Shown here one piece after another: positions 39,177-52,931 of a DNA stretch of 64,000 nt. The translations under genes were made by a program, and so were the position numbers. Within the stretch, counting starts at the first letter, position 1; each line of letters begins with the position of its first letter. This DNA comes from Nemertoderma westbladi. Taxonomy: Eukaryota; Animalia; Xenacoelomorpha. The stretch spans positions 1 through 64,000 of the forward strand of contig JAUCBJ010007881.1 of assembly GCA_032718475.1 (NCBI GenBank). The letters run 5' to 3'. The notes below the pieces were generated by a model. That model searched no databases, was not told the DNA's origin, and saw only the letters and a list, made by a program, of their open reading frames with translations.

Positions 39177-42100
39177 TTAAGAAGCTTCAATATGTTCAGA
39201 ATAGTGCTGAAAGACTACTGTGTGGAATCCGTAAACGGGAACATATAACGCCAGTTAAAAACTCCTTCATTGGCTTCCGATTACTCAGAGAATTTACTAC
39301 AGTATAAAATTGCGTTATATACGGCAAGCGTTGTTTCTTTTAGCGCTGCACACAAAATAGGGAACGCCCTGCCTCTAAAAATTTTATCGACTACGTCAAT
39401 CGATGTAATTAAAAAGAGGTAATTAAAAACACATTATGTAAGTTTGGAATATCGATTTTGATTAGTATGGAATATAAGTTTTTGCAGACAACTCCGTTTA
39501 TGCCAGTATCACACTCATGTTTTTAAAAATTTTTTAATGATTTTTATTTATTGAGCATTATTTATAATAAGTAATCAAACTGAACTACAGTAAATTATTT
39601 TTTGTGACGTCTAGTTTGGTAATTTATTTTTGTTAGAATTATCAAACCATGCCCATATATAATTATGTTTTTGTTTTTTGGTAACATTTCCGTATAGCAC
39701 TACATTTTTGTAACATTAATTATTGTTACCATGGCAACAATGTAGAGTTCTAGAACAAAATATAAATATTATACGCTATTCTAGAACATCAATAAAATAA
39801 AAAATATAAAAAATATAATGTTCTAGAACATATAGCTAGTTATTTTTCAAATTTAAATTTACAAGTGCACAAAAGTCAAATTAAGCAATTAAATGACAAG
39901 TACGGAGAAAAATAAGAAAAATATACGACGCCAGAGCTTTGTGTCAGGAGTGCATTAACTATGAAGAGAAATTATCCCTAAAACTGACAGAATACATGTG
40001 GAGGCTACATATAAGAAAGGGAAAATTGAACGGATTCCATGAGATATTAAAGGCCAACAAAAGCCAATAAATACCCAATGGATAAATAAACTAATTAGTT
40101 ACATCAGTATACAAAAAGTTTAAAATCAATAGGCCTAGTAATTTTAAATGTATTCAGAAATTTATTTAAAAATAAATTTATTCTTAGATTGTTACTTTTT
40201 CGCTCGAATCTAGACCAAAATCGGGAGAAAAAGTCCTAGGGAAAAAAAGTAACCCATAGGATTGCATTGATTTTACTTTTTTCCCGGCGAAAAAAGTAAA
40301 ATAAAATAATTTTGGTGGAATTTCTTAAATTTTGTCAAATGTGTTCAAAGAGCATTGACGTAGAAAAAGTTTGCAAATGATTTGAGCAATTGAGCAAAAT
40401 CCATCCACGCACTCAAAAGTTATGGCAAACTTAGTGCCTGTGCGGCGTACTCAAAAACGGAACTGAATATCCAATATTGTTTTATGTTCTAAAGCGGTTC
40501 TCTACAGTGCAGTAGTTACGTAATAAATATAAGAGAACACTAAATTATTTAACATTGAGTACGGCAGCATCAGGAGTTGAAGAGTACAATAATTTGAATC
40601 ACAGTAACTATGGAAGCAATGTAGTAAAATACTGCAGTTCAATTTATTTTGTAACACTATATCGCTGTAAGGTTTATTAAATAATTAAGTAACATAAAAG
40701 TACCAATTTAAGAATAAAATTACGTATTACATGGAAAAAAAAGTAGGACATTTTTTTTCAATATTCTCCCGACTCTTTATTAACCTCGCTGACGCTCGGT
40801 AAATAAAATGCCTTGAGAATAGTGAAAAAAAGTTCTACTTTTTTCCCATGTAATAGATAATTATTTTATTAAATTTACTACCTATTTTAAAATTTAAAAC
40901 AACAACTTAAAAGGCTATATGTTCTAGAACATTATAATTTGATTTTAAAATTTTTTTATAATTTTTTCTTGTGAAAAAGGCTATTATCATGAGTTTTTTG
41001 TTCTAGATCAAATAATTTTCCTTCTGTAAGTAAGATGGTAGCTAGTAATTTTGATTGTGTTAGCTTAAGTACTTTTTATAAGATATTAAAAATATAACTT
41101 ACTTAATTAGAACATCAAATATCAAACTGTGTGGAGAACGAATTGTGTTTGTGTGTTATTATAAGTTCTATAATTAAAATTCTGCAGTTTCTAAGAGGTC
41201 TAATCATATAAAAAATGACGATATTTTTAATAAGGGTTATATGATGATTCTTGTACTATTTAATTTTTTTCAAAAATGTTCTAGAATTAAAGAAAACTGT
41301 TCTAGAATAAAAATATTTATCAAAATTGATAGCCAACACGTGTTCTATAACATTTATATTTATTAAAAAATAGCAAAATTTAGCTAGTATAAAAAATCTG
41401 GTCAATGAGTACCCAAGGTGTACCAATGCCAACTTTTCAACGTTGCCATATTGTTATTGGAATTTAGAACTGTGCAAGCGCATAGTAGTGGGTCTAATAC
41501 ATTGTACATACACAAACGTAATTAATTATATTAATTATACGAATGTACGAAACGATTGATTATACTGTATGGCACTACTACAGTATGTGTACCCATGACC
41601 ATATTTTTTTACTATAACTAGTTTTGGCTACTTTTTTTTTAGAACTATTCTATTTCATGTTAGCTATTTGTAAGTAAAAAAATTATGTTCTAGAACAAAT
41701 ATTTTTTGTTCTAGAACATTTTTATATAAAAAAAAATTATTAAAAATTTATTATTATGTGTAATAAATTGTTTATTTATCTATAAACATTAAAAAATACA
41801 TATTATCAGGCTAGCTAGTGATTTTCCAAGTTAGCTACTGTATTAAAAAAAAAATGTTTTTTCAAAATTATATACTTTTATTTTATACTATTCTTTGGAA
41901 ATCTCAATAATATATGGATCTTTAGAGCACTTTTGTTTTCGTGACGTGGCATTTTATTTAATGAAAACAGTTAAAGTGTGTAAGCGGATTCAATTCCATA
42001 CATTACCCACCGAAAATGGGATTAGTGGCATTTTACCAATTATAGTTGGCGAGGTGACATTACCAATAATAATGTCACCTCACAACCAAGTAAGGCGATA

Positions 42101-42519
42101 CACGCCGTAAGCCACAGGGATAGTTGAGAGGTCAAACCACCTCAAAGGGGCAAACAAGCTAGTAAAGACGTGAAAGACCTTCGGCCTAGTATATACATAT
42201 CCAGACAACAGCTTCAGCAGCCTACGGACGCGGCAACGCGTCCAACACAAACAACGGTCGGGATGTATACTGCCAACTCAAAGTTCCCGTCACAAAGTGA
42301 ACCTACTGCTGTAAACATTAGAAAACATTCTAGAATAATATTTTGAAGTATTTATTAAAGGCAACATATTATTAACATTTTAAGTGTGTGTGTTAAGTGT
42401 GTGTTATTTAAAGTGTGTGGTAACAAATAACACCAAACATTAATGAATTAGAAAAAATATTCTGATTAATCAGTTTAATACGGAAGGAGTGAGTAAAATA
42501 TACAAGTAGGCCTAACAAA

Positions 42520-42941
42520 AGTGCTTTCCCCGAAACGACATCCCTTTTGGCAATTAGGCCGAACCGACACACCTTTGCCTACGGGAGAGTGTTAGCCAAT
42601 GAGGAGAGCTTATTTTATTGGAGGAACAGCCAATTAGAAGCCCAGAAATACTCCCATAGGATGAAACGACACCCCAATTGGAAATATGCAATCCGTACCT
42701 GTGCTTGAGACTGTAACTAAGGATGTACCGGTACCCCATAGAATACAATATGTTATATATTGAATGTTAGATTGTCGAAGAAATAGGAAAGATGGTAAAA
42801 TCCCCCCACCCCCCTGAATACTCACATGCTGTAAAACATTATTACATTACATTTTCAGACCTCATCTGTACGTATGTATACACCATAGAATAATATTGAT
42901 AATGATTTTCCTTATGTAAAACCAAGACAAAAGATTAGCCG
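42520..42941 (+). repeat. Dispersed repeat copy interrupted by element B
   Basis: Identity to 34577-34926 ends exactly at the LTR terminus TGTTCGCGC. Confidence 0.85.
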
Positions 42942-44111
42942 TGTTCGCGCTTTTAGGCCTTTAGCAGTTTAACCTGCCAATTTTAGTTGTCCTCTTGTTT
43001 ATAAATCGACTTTAGCCTATATCGATTATTTAGTGTACTGAAGTTACATTAGCCGAAGCCAGTCTGTGCGCGATCATTCACCCACAGTTAAGGGAGACTG
43101 GATTCGGGTGCTTTGAAAGTTATTGCAATGTAGACCTACTGTATTATTCGATTGATCGTTACTATATAATCTCTGACAATATATTTATTTTCGGGGAAAT
43201 ATTAACAGTTCCTTTAGGACGTGGCGCTTTAAGTATAAAAACAGAGTTATGACTTATACTAATCACAACGAGATGGCCACAGAGTTTCGTAAAAAGCGCA
43301 TTCTTTAGGAGATGCTTTATTATCTGTCACACTACTTCACACGACTTCACACTACTTCACACTACTTCGCACTGATCTGCCGACCGTCACTGAATTTGAT
43401 CATATATAAGGAGGATCGCAACTGACACATGTAGGGATTATGAAATAGCATTTAATTCACACAAAAACCACTATAATGTAAGTCGCAATTGCTACCGGTA
43501 ACCTGTTCCTCTTACCTTCAGTAATCAAGAAGATTGGGGGTTTTATGATTATTTATCGGTATTCTCCAAATATAACAACATATCCATCAATATAACAACA
43601 ATTAATAACAGACCGTAAACAGAAGTAAAATAATGCGGTGAACAGTCAGTATGTGTTACATAATGCAGTTATGAAATGTGTATCCAAGTAAGGTAGTTGA
43701 ATTGAATTGAGTATGATCAGGTGTGAGCCGGTGCTCCAGGATAATAGATTTACGTTCTTATAATCAAAGCCATCTAATATTTAGGCCAAAGTCTGAAACT
43801 TCCAAAACAGAAGTACAGAAGATTCCAAGCCGGTTCTGAGGCTCAGAAAGGTAAACAAAGACCGTAATTCATTGCGCGGGTTTCCATAGGCCCCTGTCCA
43901 ACATAAAGTGAAAATCACTCTGATTGGCTGAATAGGCAGAACAAAGAGGTTCCACATCTACAGGAAATCAGCTGACAGATTTCGTCATCTGAGCTCCAAT
44001 CTTTTAGAGTATTAGGCGCATTGCGGCAAAAATGACTTGTTATGTCCGCAAAAGCACCTACACTGCACATTGCGGGAAAAATAACTTGTTATGTCCGCAA
44101 AAGCTTTTACA
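42942..44111 (-). repeat. 3' LTR of element B (~1170 bp)
   Basis: TGTAAAAGC...GCGCGAACA termini shared with A's LTR; preceded on the minus strand by the purine-rich GGGAGCGG (PPT-like). Confidence 0.85.
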
Positions 44112-45332
44112 CCGCTCCCAGAAAATGGGATTTAAGTCTATAAAATATAAAAATCACAGTTTCTAAAATATAAAAATACTCTAAACGATTAGTCCTTCTT
44201 ACGTGAACGGCATTTACGAAGTTTTTTGAGGCTAGCAAGAGTCCTTTTCTCTTTGGGGTGAGTCACTTTACTAGGAGGGCTATAACTCCTGGGTGAGGGG
44301 TGCAATACGATTGCATCGGAAGGTTTAGGGTTATGGTCAGTGTATCCACCGTATACAAACGTCCTTGAAAATGGCGAATCCAGCGCTGTCAAACTTCTCA
44401 GCAGCTGAGCCTCTTAGGCTGAGCTTAGTCAGAGCGCGGTCCTTGAACTGACTATCAACGTTATGGAACGGAGTCAGAAAGCGCCTAAAGCATTCGAATT
44501 GGAGGAATTGATTGTATTCCTAATATGTCTTCCATTGATGGTAGAGAGCAGGGGAAGGCCTATGTCGTATTCAGAAATATTCAGAAATACAATCTCAGTA
44601 GGAGGATTCAACATTCGAAGACCATCTCCAAATGAATTTATCCCCAATCATTAAGGAAGGTGAACAACCCGATTTATGACACATAATGGTACCAGTTGTT
44701 CACAGCCTATCAACGTGTCCTTTCAGTCCTTGTATCAATGGCCGTGGACTTGAGGAAATTATTGGTGGTTGATTATCTAATCAACAACAAGAGGAGTAGT
44801 AGTTGATACTATGAATATCAACACAATGGTACATGGACAGGAGGTGCAGACACCAATATAAGCATCCAGATCAATAGTAAGGGATGGGGAGGTTTAGTAG
44901 GAGGCGGTACGATCAATACCACGATACCACTATGATTGATCGATCATCTCCCAAAAGCTCCGAGCGCGTTGGGTAGAAAAGATGGGAAGAAGAGGGTTTC
45001 TCTATCAACGTCTTGTATCCTCGATAGCGATAGATAGAGGGAGAACAGTAGTAGGGAGGAGGAAGGATATGTGGGTAGTATCTATAAGATACCACAATGG
45101 ACATGTTTTCCTTTTACGTCATTACTCATTCTTACTCTTTGATTGTGACACTGATCACAATAATTGCAGGGAGAGGATGAAGTAAGAGGAAATTACAGCC
45201 TCCCGAAGGAGACCGCCCGTGAGCACCCGCGCCCCGGGGAAAAATATTCACATTATGGACCCTGGACATTAACGTATGGTTTTTCTCCAGCTGGTTCTCC
45301 TCTACTTGTCTTTACAAACATTCTTCCACATT

Positions 45333-45698
45333 CTATCTTTCGAGTTGGTTTCGAATAGAATTCTCATGTTCGATTCTCAGTTTATCGTTCGGACTCCGCT
45401 GGGTATGATATTTAAATAGGACCATTTCCCTTTGGGTGTCTACATCGTCCAGGATAGGATGACCAGTAGTTAAGAAGTCCATATACATACCATTACGATG
45501 CATATAGCGAGCGGTGAATTTTCTATAGTTCAATTCACGCGTGAGCTGTTCCTTTGACATTGGCGGTTCGATATAACGGCCATCGTCCTCCGTAGTGGGT
45601 TGACTAGCGTCGCCGCGTATTAAACTATCAACAATCGCTTGCAATGGTAGGGTATATCGCTCCCTGATACCAAGATCATCTTCTATGAACTCAGTCAT
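45333..45698 (-). pseudogene. Possible accessory ORF remnant in the 3' region of B; function unknown
   Basis: 121-aa ATG-initiated ORF in element sense; a broken Cys-rich frame follows (CNYCDQCH). Confidence 0.35.
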
Positions 45699-47458
45699 AG
45701 CTGCTATATGAGTTTATCGATATTATAATTAATTATATTTAGGCTAGCGGTCATCGCTGCCTCCCCCTCAATGCCCCCGGACAGCGCAAGATCCTCAGCG
45801 CTGATGTACTGTCGTCGCTGTGCCTCTTGCCAACGTAGTAGCTACACAACGACAACAATAACCAGCGCGAGTCACTCCACTGTCCGTCCCAAGGGCTTAG
45901 AATTACTTCAGGTTTTTGCTACAGAGGTAGGGTAACTTTCACAACTGCGACTCGCTACTGTAAACACACTTTAGTAGTGACATTCACTTATAAATGCACA
46001 AATTCCACACAACTGTCACAAATTGTACACATTCGGGCCATTTGTCCGTTAGTCAAGTGCCTTCCAGAATGCCACGTTATTATTATGTATCCCTGGATAC
46101 TAGCAGTGTGCTATTTATTCCGTATGCTATTCAATGGGGCAAGCTTTCTATTGTTCTTTTAATTCGCTTCTAATTCTAGCGTGGTTGTTGCTATGGTGAC
46201 ATTATGGAAAGCTAGCAGTAGAATAAGGGTAATTCTCATGCATACAGATCTGGGATGCCATTTAATAGTAATTCTTTAATTGTCAATATTCCCCTAGTTA
46301 TACATGATTTTATGAATTTTATCGGCTATTGACTATACATTGGAGATTCTCTCACACTAATATATTTAATAGGGTGAATCTCCGCTCCCATGATCTATTA
46401 ATTAATGGAATTTTGGGAATGTTATAAATTGTATAAAATGACAATTTATCAAATTCATGAGAGGATATGAATTTAAAATTATTCCCGTAAATTTTATTAT
46501 TTGACACTAAATAGACACAATTTTATTCCAGAGCATGTCTGATCCTAGGACTTCGGATCTCCGGACTAGGATCCTTAATTCTAGGAAATTTGTCCTTTTA
46601 AGAGTATCGGTAAGTGCTACGATATCTTAATCGACTAGAATTTTAAAGGATCTGAATTTTAACAGATTTTGGATTTCTAGATTTCCTTGGTTTACAAACT
46701 CCTTAGAGTTGATTTGTCTGCTTTTTACTCTATTACAACATTTGTTTTAATAGATTTTATAAATATTTATTAAATATTTTATTTTTAAGATGGGCACCGA
46801 TTTATTCCAGAACATGTCTGGGGACGTTAACCACTGATTCTAGAATTTTGTCTTTCAAGTATATCGGCGGGTGCCGCGATATCTTAATCGACTAGAATTG
46901 CAGATGGTCAAAGGGTTTAACAGATTTATTTTGCGTTTTACGGTTTTACGTTAAATGGACATCATTCTACTATATGTATTATTTAATATACGGTATGAGA
47001 GCAATATTGCAAGAAGCAATGTCAGTGAGAAGAGGGAAGTCGTTTCCAAGGTCTACCCAGAGCTTGGTTTAGCCGAGACACGAGGATCTGAACTTTGCAT
47101 TCCTAATACTCTACTTACCAATAATACTTGAGTATAGTAGGGGCAGTATTGTAATTTTAATAAGTACAGACATTTCTTCTTACTGTAGTCACATATTTAT
47201 AATATGATACGGACAGTAAGGAAAGAGAAAATGAATTGTTTCTCGCCGTTAAACTAAATATATAATGTTAAGTAATTAAGTAATAAACACGAATATATAT
47301 ATTGCACTAATCTTCTAAATAATCGCTAAAATAATATTCTGCTAAATAAAATTAAAGAAAACGATTATAATAAAATTACATAATAATACATACATAAATA
47401 TAAAAATAATAAAAAACAGATATAAAATAATGTAGTCACACACCCACTCCAGACTCTC

Positions 47459-50400
47459 TTACGTTGGGGAGTCCCTAGATGTTTGTTGGAATAGGGAGGT
47501 GGTCGTGGGAAGAGTATCTTGCCTTCCATAGTTTCCGGATAGCTCTCGGTCTCTTTCCAGTAAACATAAACGACCAACTGGGCGATTGAGTTGTTGTGTT
47601 TCGAATACAATTCCAGGTTTCTTAAAGTTACGTCGCATGACGACGAGTTCTACTCTGTTGGCCACTCTGTTGGTAACGAAGACGCTGAACTGACAGACTT
47701 CATTGGTTATATACTCCAAAACGAGTAAACTTTAGCAGTTCTCCCTTAAGTGAATCATCCCACGAGTGGTTTTCAAGCCACATTTGTTGCACTAAGCTCC
47801 GAGCAACCAATATAACTGGACTAATAAATCCCAATGGATCGAAATAAGTGCTCAGTATACTTAGGCAAATCCGTTTAGTTCTAACTGGATTCTCTCGCTG
47901 TTTTTACAGGAAAAACAAGATATCTCTCTCCGTGTCCCATTTTAAACCAAGTGTCTTGGTTTCCGGAAGATCGTCCTTGATGAGGTCCAGATCTTTAACA
48001 CCTCGGTCTTCTACCGGGATCGATTCCAAAAACTCACGGGAGTTACTAGTGAATTTGGTTAGTCAAAATCCACCGCGTTGCAAGCACTCCACCGTTCCCT
48101 TGGCAACATCAATGGCTTCTTCCACCGATGGGAGGGACTTTAAATTGTCGTCCATGTATATATCCCGTTTGATGTTGTCGATAACCGCTTTAGAGAAGGC
48201 GTCTCGGTTGTCATCAGCAGTGGTACGCACTACTGAACAAGCGTTCGAGGGGCTTGAGATGATCCTGAAAGCCTGGATGGTCATCCAGTACTCCACCGGT
48301 TTTAGGTTGAGGTCTCCTTCAGGCCACCACAGAAATCGTAGGCTGTCTCGATCCCTATCCAGCGCCTTGACTTGTAAGAACATGCCTTCTATATCCGAAG
48401 CGAAAGCGATAGAATATTGCCGTAATCTTAATAGTATTCCCAACAAGGATTGGAGTAAGTTGGGTCCCGGCAACAATTCGGAGTTCAGGGATTGACCCAT
48501 GTAAAGGGCGGAGCCGTCGAACACTACCCGGACTTCGTTGGGTTTACCGGGTTTGGGAACGTAATGGTGTGTTAGATAATACGTTCTCTCTGTTATGTGT
48601 GTTTCTTCCGGTACTCGCTCCGCGTATCCCTTATCGATAAATTTCTTAGCTGGGTTTTATACATTTCCCTGGCTGAAACATTGGCTGTAAGACGCCAATG
48701 TAGTTGTGCGATTCTCTTTTCCGCTAAAGGTCGGTTATTTATAAAGTTGGGTTCTCGCCGTCGGAACGGAAGACCAATCTCATAGCGACCTTCATCTTTC
48801 AGAAAACGGGTAGTCGTTTCCTGAATCTGCTTGGCTCTCTCTTCCTCGACGGACAAGGCCTTGTCGTAGGAATTGGGCTCTACGGCTTCTTGAGTAAGGA
48901 ATCGTACGGCGTGTTCATCGCGAATTTTGTTATTGTATCGATCTATCACTTCGTTTAATTCGTCGTTATATGTGAATTGTCCACCTTGTTGATCGATGAG
49001 ATGGCACAAGTTTACTTGGTTTACCCAAGTTTGATTTTCGGTGAGGAGGTCGATTGTATTTTCCTCGTCATATCAGTGGTGGTTTCTCCCTCACTGATTT
49101 CTTCTTCCCATTCACTCACCTGATGTATCCTGTCATTAGGGAGTCTTTCCATTAGGGTTCTATGGGAAGGTCCAGTGAAGAACCAACCTACTCTCGTTCT
49201 TCCCGCATACGTTTGTAATGGTTGCGGTCGAGCAGGCCGTTTTTCTAAGGTCTCAAGCGCTTCGTGCGCGTTTTGGCCGATTAATATCTGAACCCCTGGG
49301 TAATCGGTGTTGAATCTAGGGATATCATGTTGCTGGGTAAAATGGTCTTCATCCCAGTTGTAAGGCTCCACTTGGCTAGTAGCAAAGTTCTTTATCGCCA
49401 CCATTTTTACCGACCTTACGCTATGTTCTCCTAGTTCATCCTGGGGAGTGAACAACTCACCCACATAGTAGTCTGTAGCTACTGTGGATTTCCAAACCTG
49501 CATAATTCCTGAAAGGTTCAACTTAGTTCGGAACTTGGGTTGTCCAGCAAAGATGTCTTCGGCTAGTTCTTTGTCGATGAATTTACCTGTACTGCCGGAG
49601 TCAAGGAGGGCGTTTACTATCAGGCTCTTCCCTACACCATGGACTCTCAGTTGCACCACAGGGAATTCCCGGATTCCGACGTTAGAAGTTGGCGCTTTCC
49701 AAGATGGTTGTCGGTCCGGAATAGTCAGTCGAGGCTCTTCATTGTCGGTTTCAGTCTCATATGTAAGTGCTCGATACACCGCGGTGTTTATCATATAACA
49801 GGATTCGTTTTCGTCGGAAAATTCGTCCGTGTAGAATCCTTCCATCTCAGAGCTGTGGTCAGTGTCGTTCACATCACTGAATTGGACATGTAGTTCGGGC
49901 TCACTTACCTGACTCGTGCGGGTTCTGTCAAATTCAGTGTGCAGCAAGATATGATGTTTTGCGCCGCACTTAGCACACCTAGCATCTGAGTAACAGGTCC
50001 ACCGTTGGTGTCCTCGTCTGAGGCAATTATAACACAACCGCTTATCCCACATGACATCACGTCTATCCTTAAGGGATTTCTTCAAGAATTCATCACACCC
50101 ACTCAAGCGATGTGGCCCGTCGCACAATGCACATTAGGGTTTGATATTACTTACTTTAACCTGTGTGGTGTTGTGCAACTTGTTCTTTCTTCGAGCTTTC
50201 TTCCATGAATTCTCTTAGGAGACGTACGAGGAGTTGTTACCTGTTCTCTCCTGTCACTGGTTCGAGACTTAAATTTACTTACGTCCTTTCTCGTTTTATT
50301 GACATAATAAGATCTTTCGGTGTCTTTCCCGCTGTTCTCCTCGTATGAGGTTTGGCTTTCGCCGTCGTCTGTATAACACACTGGTGTTACCTTTCTCCTA

Positions 50401-52342
50401 GAAATGGGTTTTTCACTCACCTTATTTTCCGGTGTCTTCTCTCGGGACTGCTTTAGGAGCTGTAATCTTACCTCTCCATTTAAGAATGACATGAGATCAG
50501 CCATGGTAGGGTCCCTTTGTTGCTGGTCCATCATATAGAGAACCCTTTTGTCCCAATGCATACCTACTCCACCTTTTGGCAAAGTAGATGCTACGGCTCC
50601 AACAACAATAGAACTCTGATATTCCTGAGACTTACCTAGCCAATCTAACTGTCTACATATCTCCTGGATCTCATCGAAAAATTCTATAATCCCGCTGCTA
50701 AGAAACTTTCGGGGCGCTACTAATTTCGCATACAAATACCTAGCTATGTTAGTCCTATTACCATACCTGATGTTTAGTGTATCCCAAACTTGTCTTAATC
50801 CATCTGGATGTCCAATAAACTTTAACGCCATTAACTTGGGAGGTCCATCCAGGCACTCGATAAGGAATCTAAGTTTCTCTCCGTTGGATAGTACAGAGTT
50901 CTGTATATTTTCTTTATAATATTCATTAAAAGGTAACCATTTCATCTCATCTCCATTGAACTTGACGACCTCTCCCACCTTTACCGCTTGACGGGCTTCG
51001 GTTCTAACCATTTGACGCGTAAAACTTTCTTGAGCCATCGTATTATTTAATATCGAGTTATCGGTATATAAATTTCTCGGATTATGATCAGATCTGTATG
51101 GGATATCATTGTCAACAGGTTTATAATTACCCTTAATAGGGTTTACTATAGGAGTTTCTACTTCACTAGCAGTATAGATGCGTGTAGGCTCCACACCTTG
51201 CGCATGAAATACTTCAGACCTAACAGGTTGACACATTGTTACAGGGGGTGGTGGTATACCCATTTGTATATTTACTAATTTATCGCGCTCTAAAGCGATA
51301 CTCTGCTGCACTTCTTGCAACTCTAACCTACTCTCTCTTACTGTTCCCTTTAACTGCTGAACAGTCCCTTCCAACTCTCGGACCTGCTGGGAAGAAAGTC
51401 TTTTATGTTCTTCCAGCTGCCCACGATTCATCCCCCGCCGTCCCTCGTCCACCCACTCAACCGCTGCCGCGGGAGCCGCCAACGTGGTAGCCGGGTGACG
51501 CGTGGGGACGACGGGAGACAAGTCATTTATGTCTTGCTCGGCGTCCAGGACCGGGAGTGATTCAGGGGCTAGTCTACTGGGCACAGGTAGTTTAGTACTG
51601 TGCAAAGGGAATTTAGAGTTAGGTTCTGTAAGTATAGGGGTCTCTATCACTGGAGTGACTTCAATGACAGGCCTAATTATTTCGGGCTCATCTACTATAG
51701 TAGGGAGTCTTTCTATTCTAATAATTTGGTCTGTAGGTTCAGGATTACTTAAATCTACACTAGCTAGTTGCCTTTTCACAGCTGGAGGCAAATTAGGCAA
51801 TTTCTGATGGTGTGGCGTTCTTCTACGTCCGCTGGAACGAGATTTATTTCCTCCACCTTCGGGATCTGTTGTATCACCCTCATCGGAGGAGGTAAATCCC
51901 TGTCTTCTGGGAGTAGATCGACTCAGTAACTGCATCTGAGTAGCTGTCCTTTGTTTCTTCAAGTAATCTTGTTTCGCCTGAAGGTTCTCCAGCTCTAGTT
52001 GGGTAGTCGCTTCAGACGCTTTCAGTACTGCTTCTGCCACTGCCGCCTTTCTTTCAGCCTCTGCAGCTAATGCCTTCCTCTCAGATTCTGCCGCTGTCGC
52101 TGCCGCTGCTGCTTTTCTTTCAGATTCCGCCACTGCTGCTGACCTTCAGTCTTCTATTTGCCGTTTCTTTAATTGTTCTTCTTGATCCATTGCCATGTGG
52201 ATGCTTTCATCATATTTAGCCTGCTCCGTGGCTAATATTTCCGCATCTAACGAGTCCAACACAAATTTGGCTCCCTCACTATTAGGATGAAGTCCAGCTA
52301 GCCGTCTCCTTAGCTCTTTGTCACCTATAAATCGTTGATAGT
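47459..52342 (-). pseudogene. Disrupted gag-pol of B; RNase H core and integrase core deleted
   Basis: Gag 50151-52133; knuckles and protease 49021-50127; RT 48063-48524 (LLPGPNL, SDIEGMF, IYMDD); FDPLG; then VFVTNRV joined directly to RPVGRLCLLE. Confidence 0.88.
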
Positions 52343-52779
52343 TGTTAGCTTATTCAATAAAGTTATAAGCCGATAAGCAATATTGGGAGCCACGAGATTG
52401 GGCAATTAACCAACTCGTGCCATCCCAATAAGAATGGGAAGGAAGCACACAATGAGGGTCAGGGGCCAAACCCCTAACCCAGAGAGAATAGGTGGAGTGA
52501 ATGGGAACACTCCAAAGGGCGCCAACAAGGGTATCAACCAATCAGAGGGGGGAAAGGCATCGATTAGGTAGAGTAACAAGGCCAACCGTGCAATATAGCC
52601 ACTTGGCAGTAATAATACCAATTCAGTTATCTCAGTGCAATACCGGTGCTAGTTTAGGTTATTACATAGTTTTAGATAGGGAAGGACCGGGACTTTAGTT
52701 ACCGTATCCCGCCTTCCATATACGACAATACTATATCTATATCTATATCCGCATATCATATTATATACGACAAACAACA
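52343..52779 (+). repeat. Putative 5' LTR of C (right end uncertain: 52779 or 52863)
   Basis: TGTT start and candidate AACA end; second LTR not available for confirmation. Confidence 0.5.
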
Positions 52780-52931
52780 TCAGAACTCATTCACTCTTTA
52801 TACACGGCGGGGACGCGTGAACTAAAACCGGATAAACCGGGATCCCTCTTGGATGCCGTCACAGTAACTAAACCAGCTGCCGCCCTAGATAAACTCAATA
52901 ACCACTAGCCACCGAAATCTGCAGAAGAGAG

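Larger units (their letters stand above)
42942..52342 (-). mobile_element. BEL/Pao LTR retrotransposon B, decayed and interrupted by C
   Basis: 3' LTR, ~3.3-kb 3' region, and frameshifted gag-PR-RT homologous to A. Confidence 0.9.

Noticed and set aside
11374-44111. A and B LTRs as the two ends of one element
   Set aside because: Wrong order for a minus-strand element, too diverged, and each has its own gag
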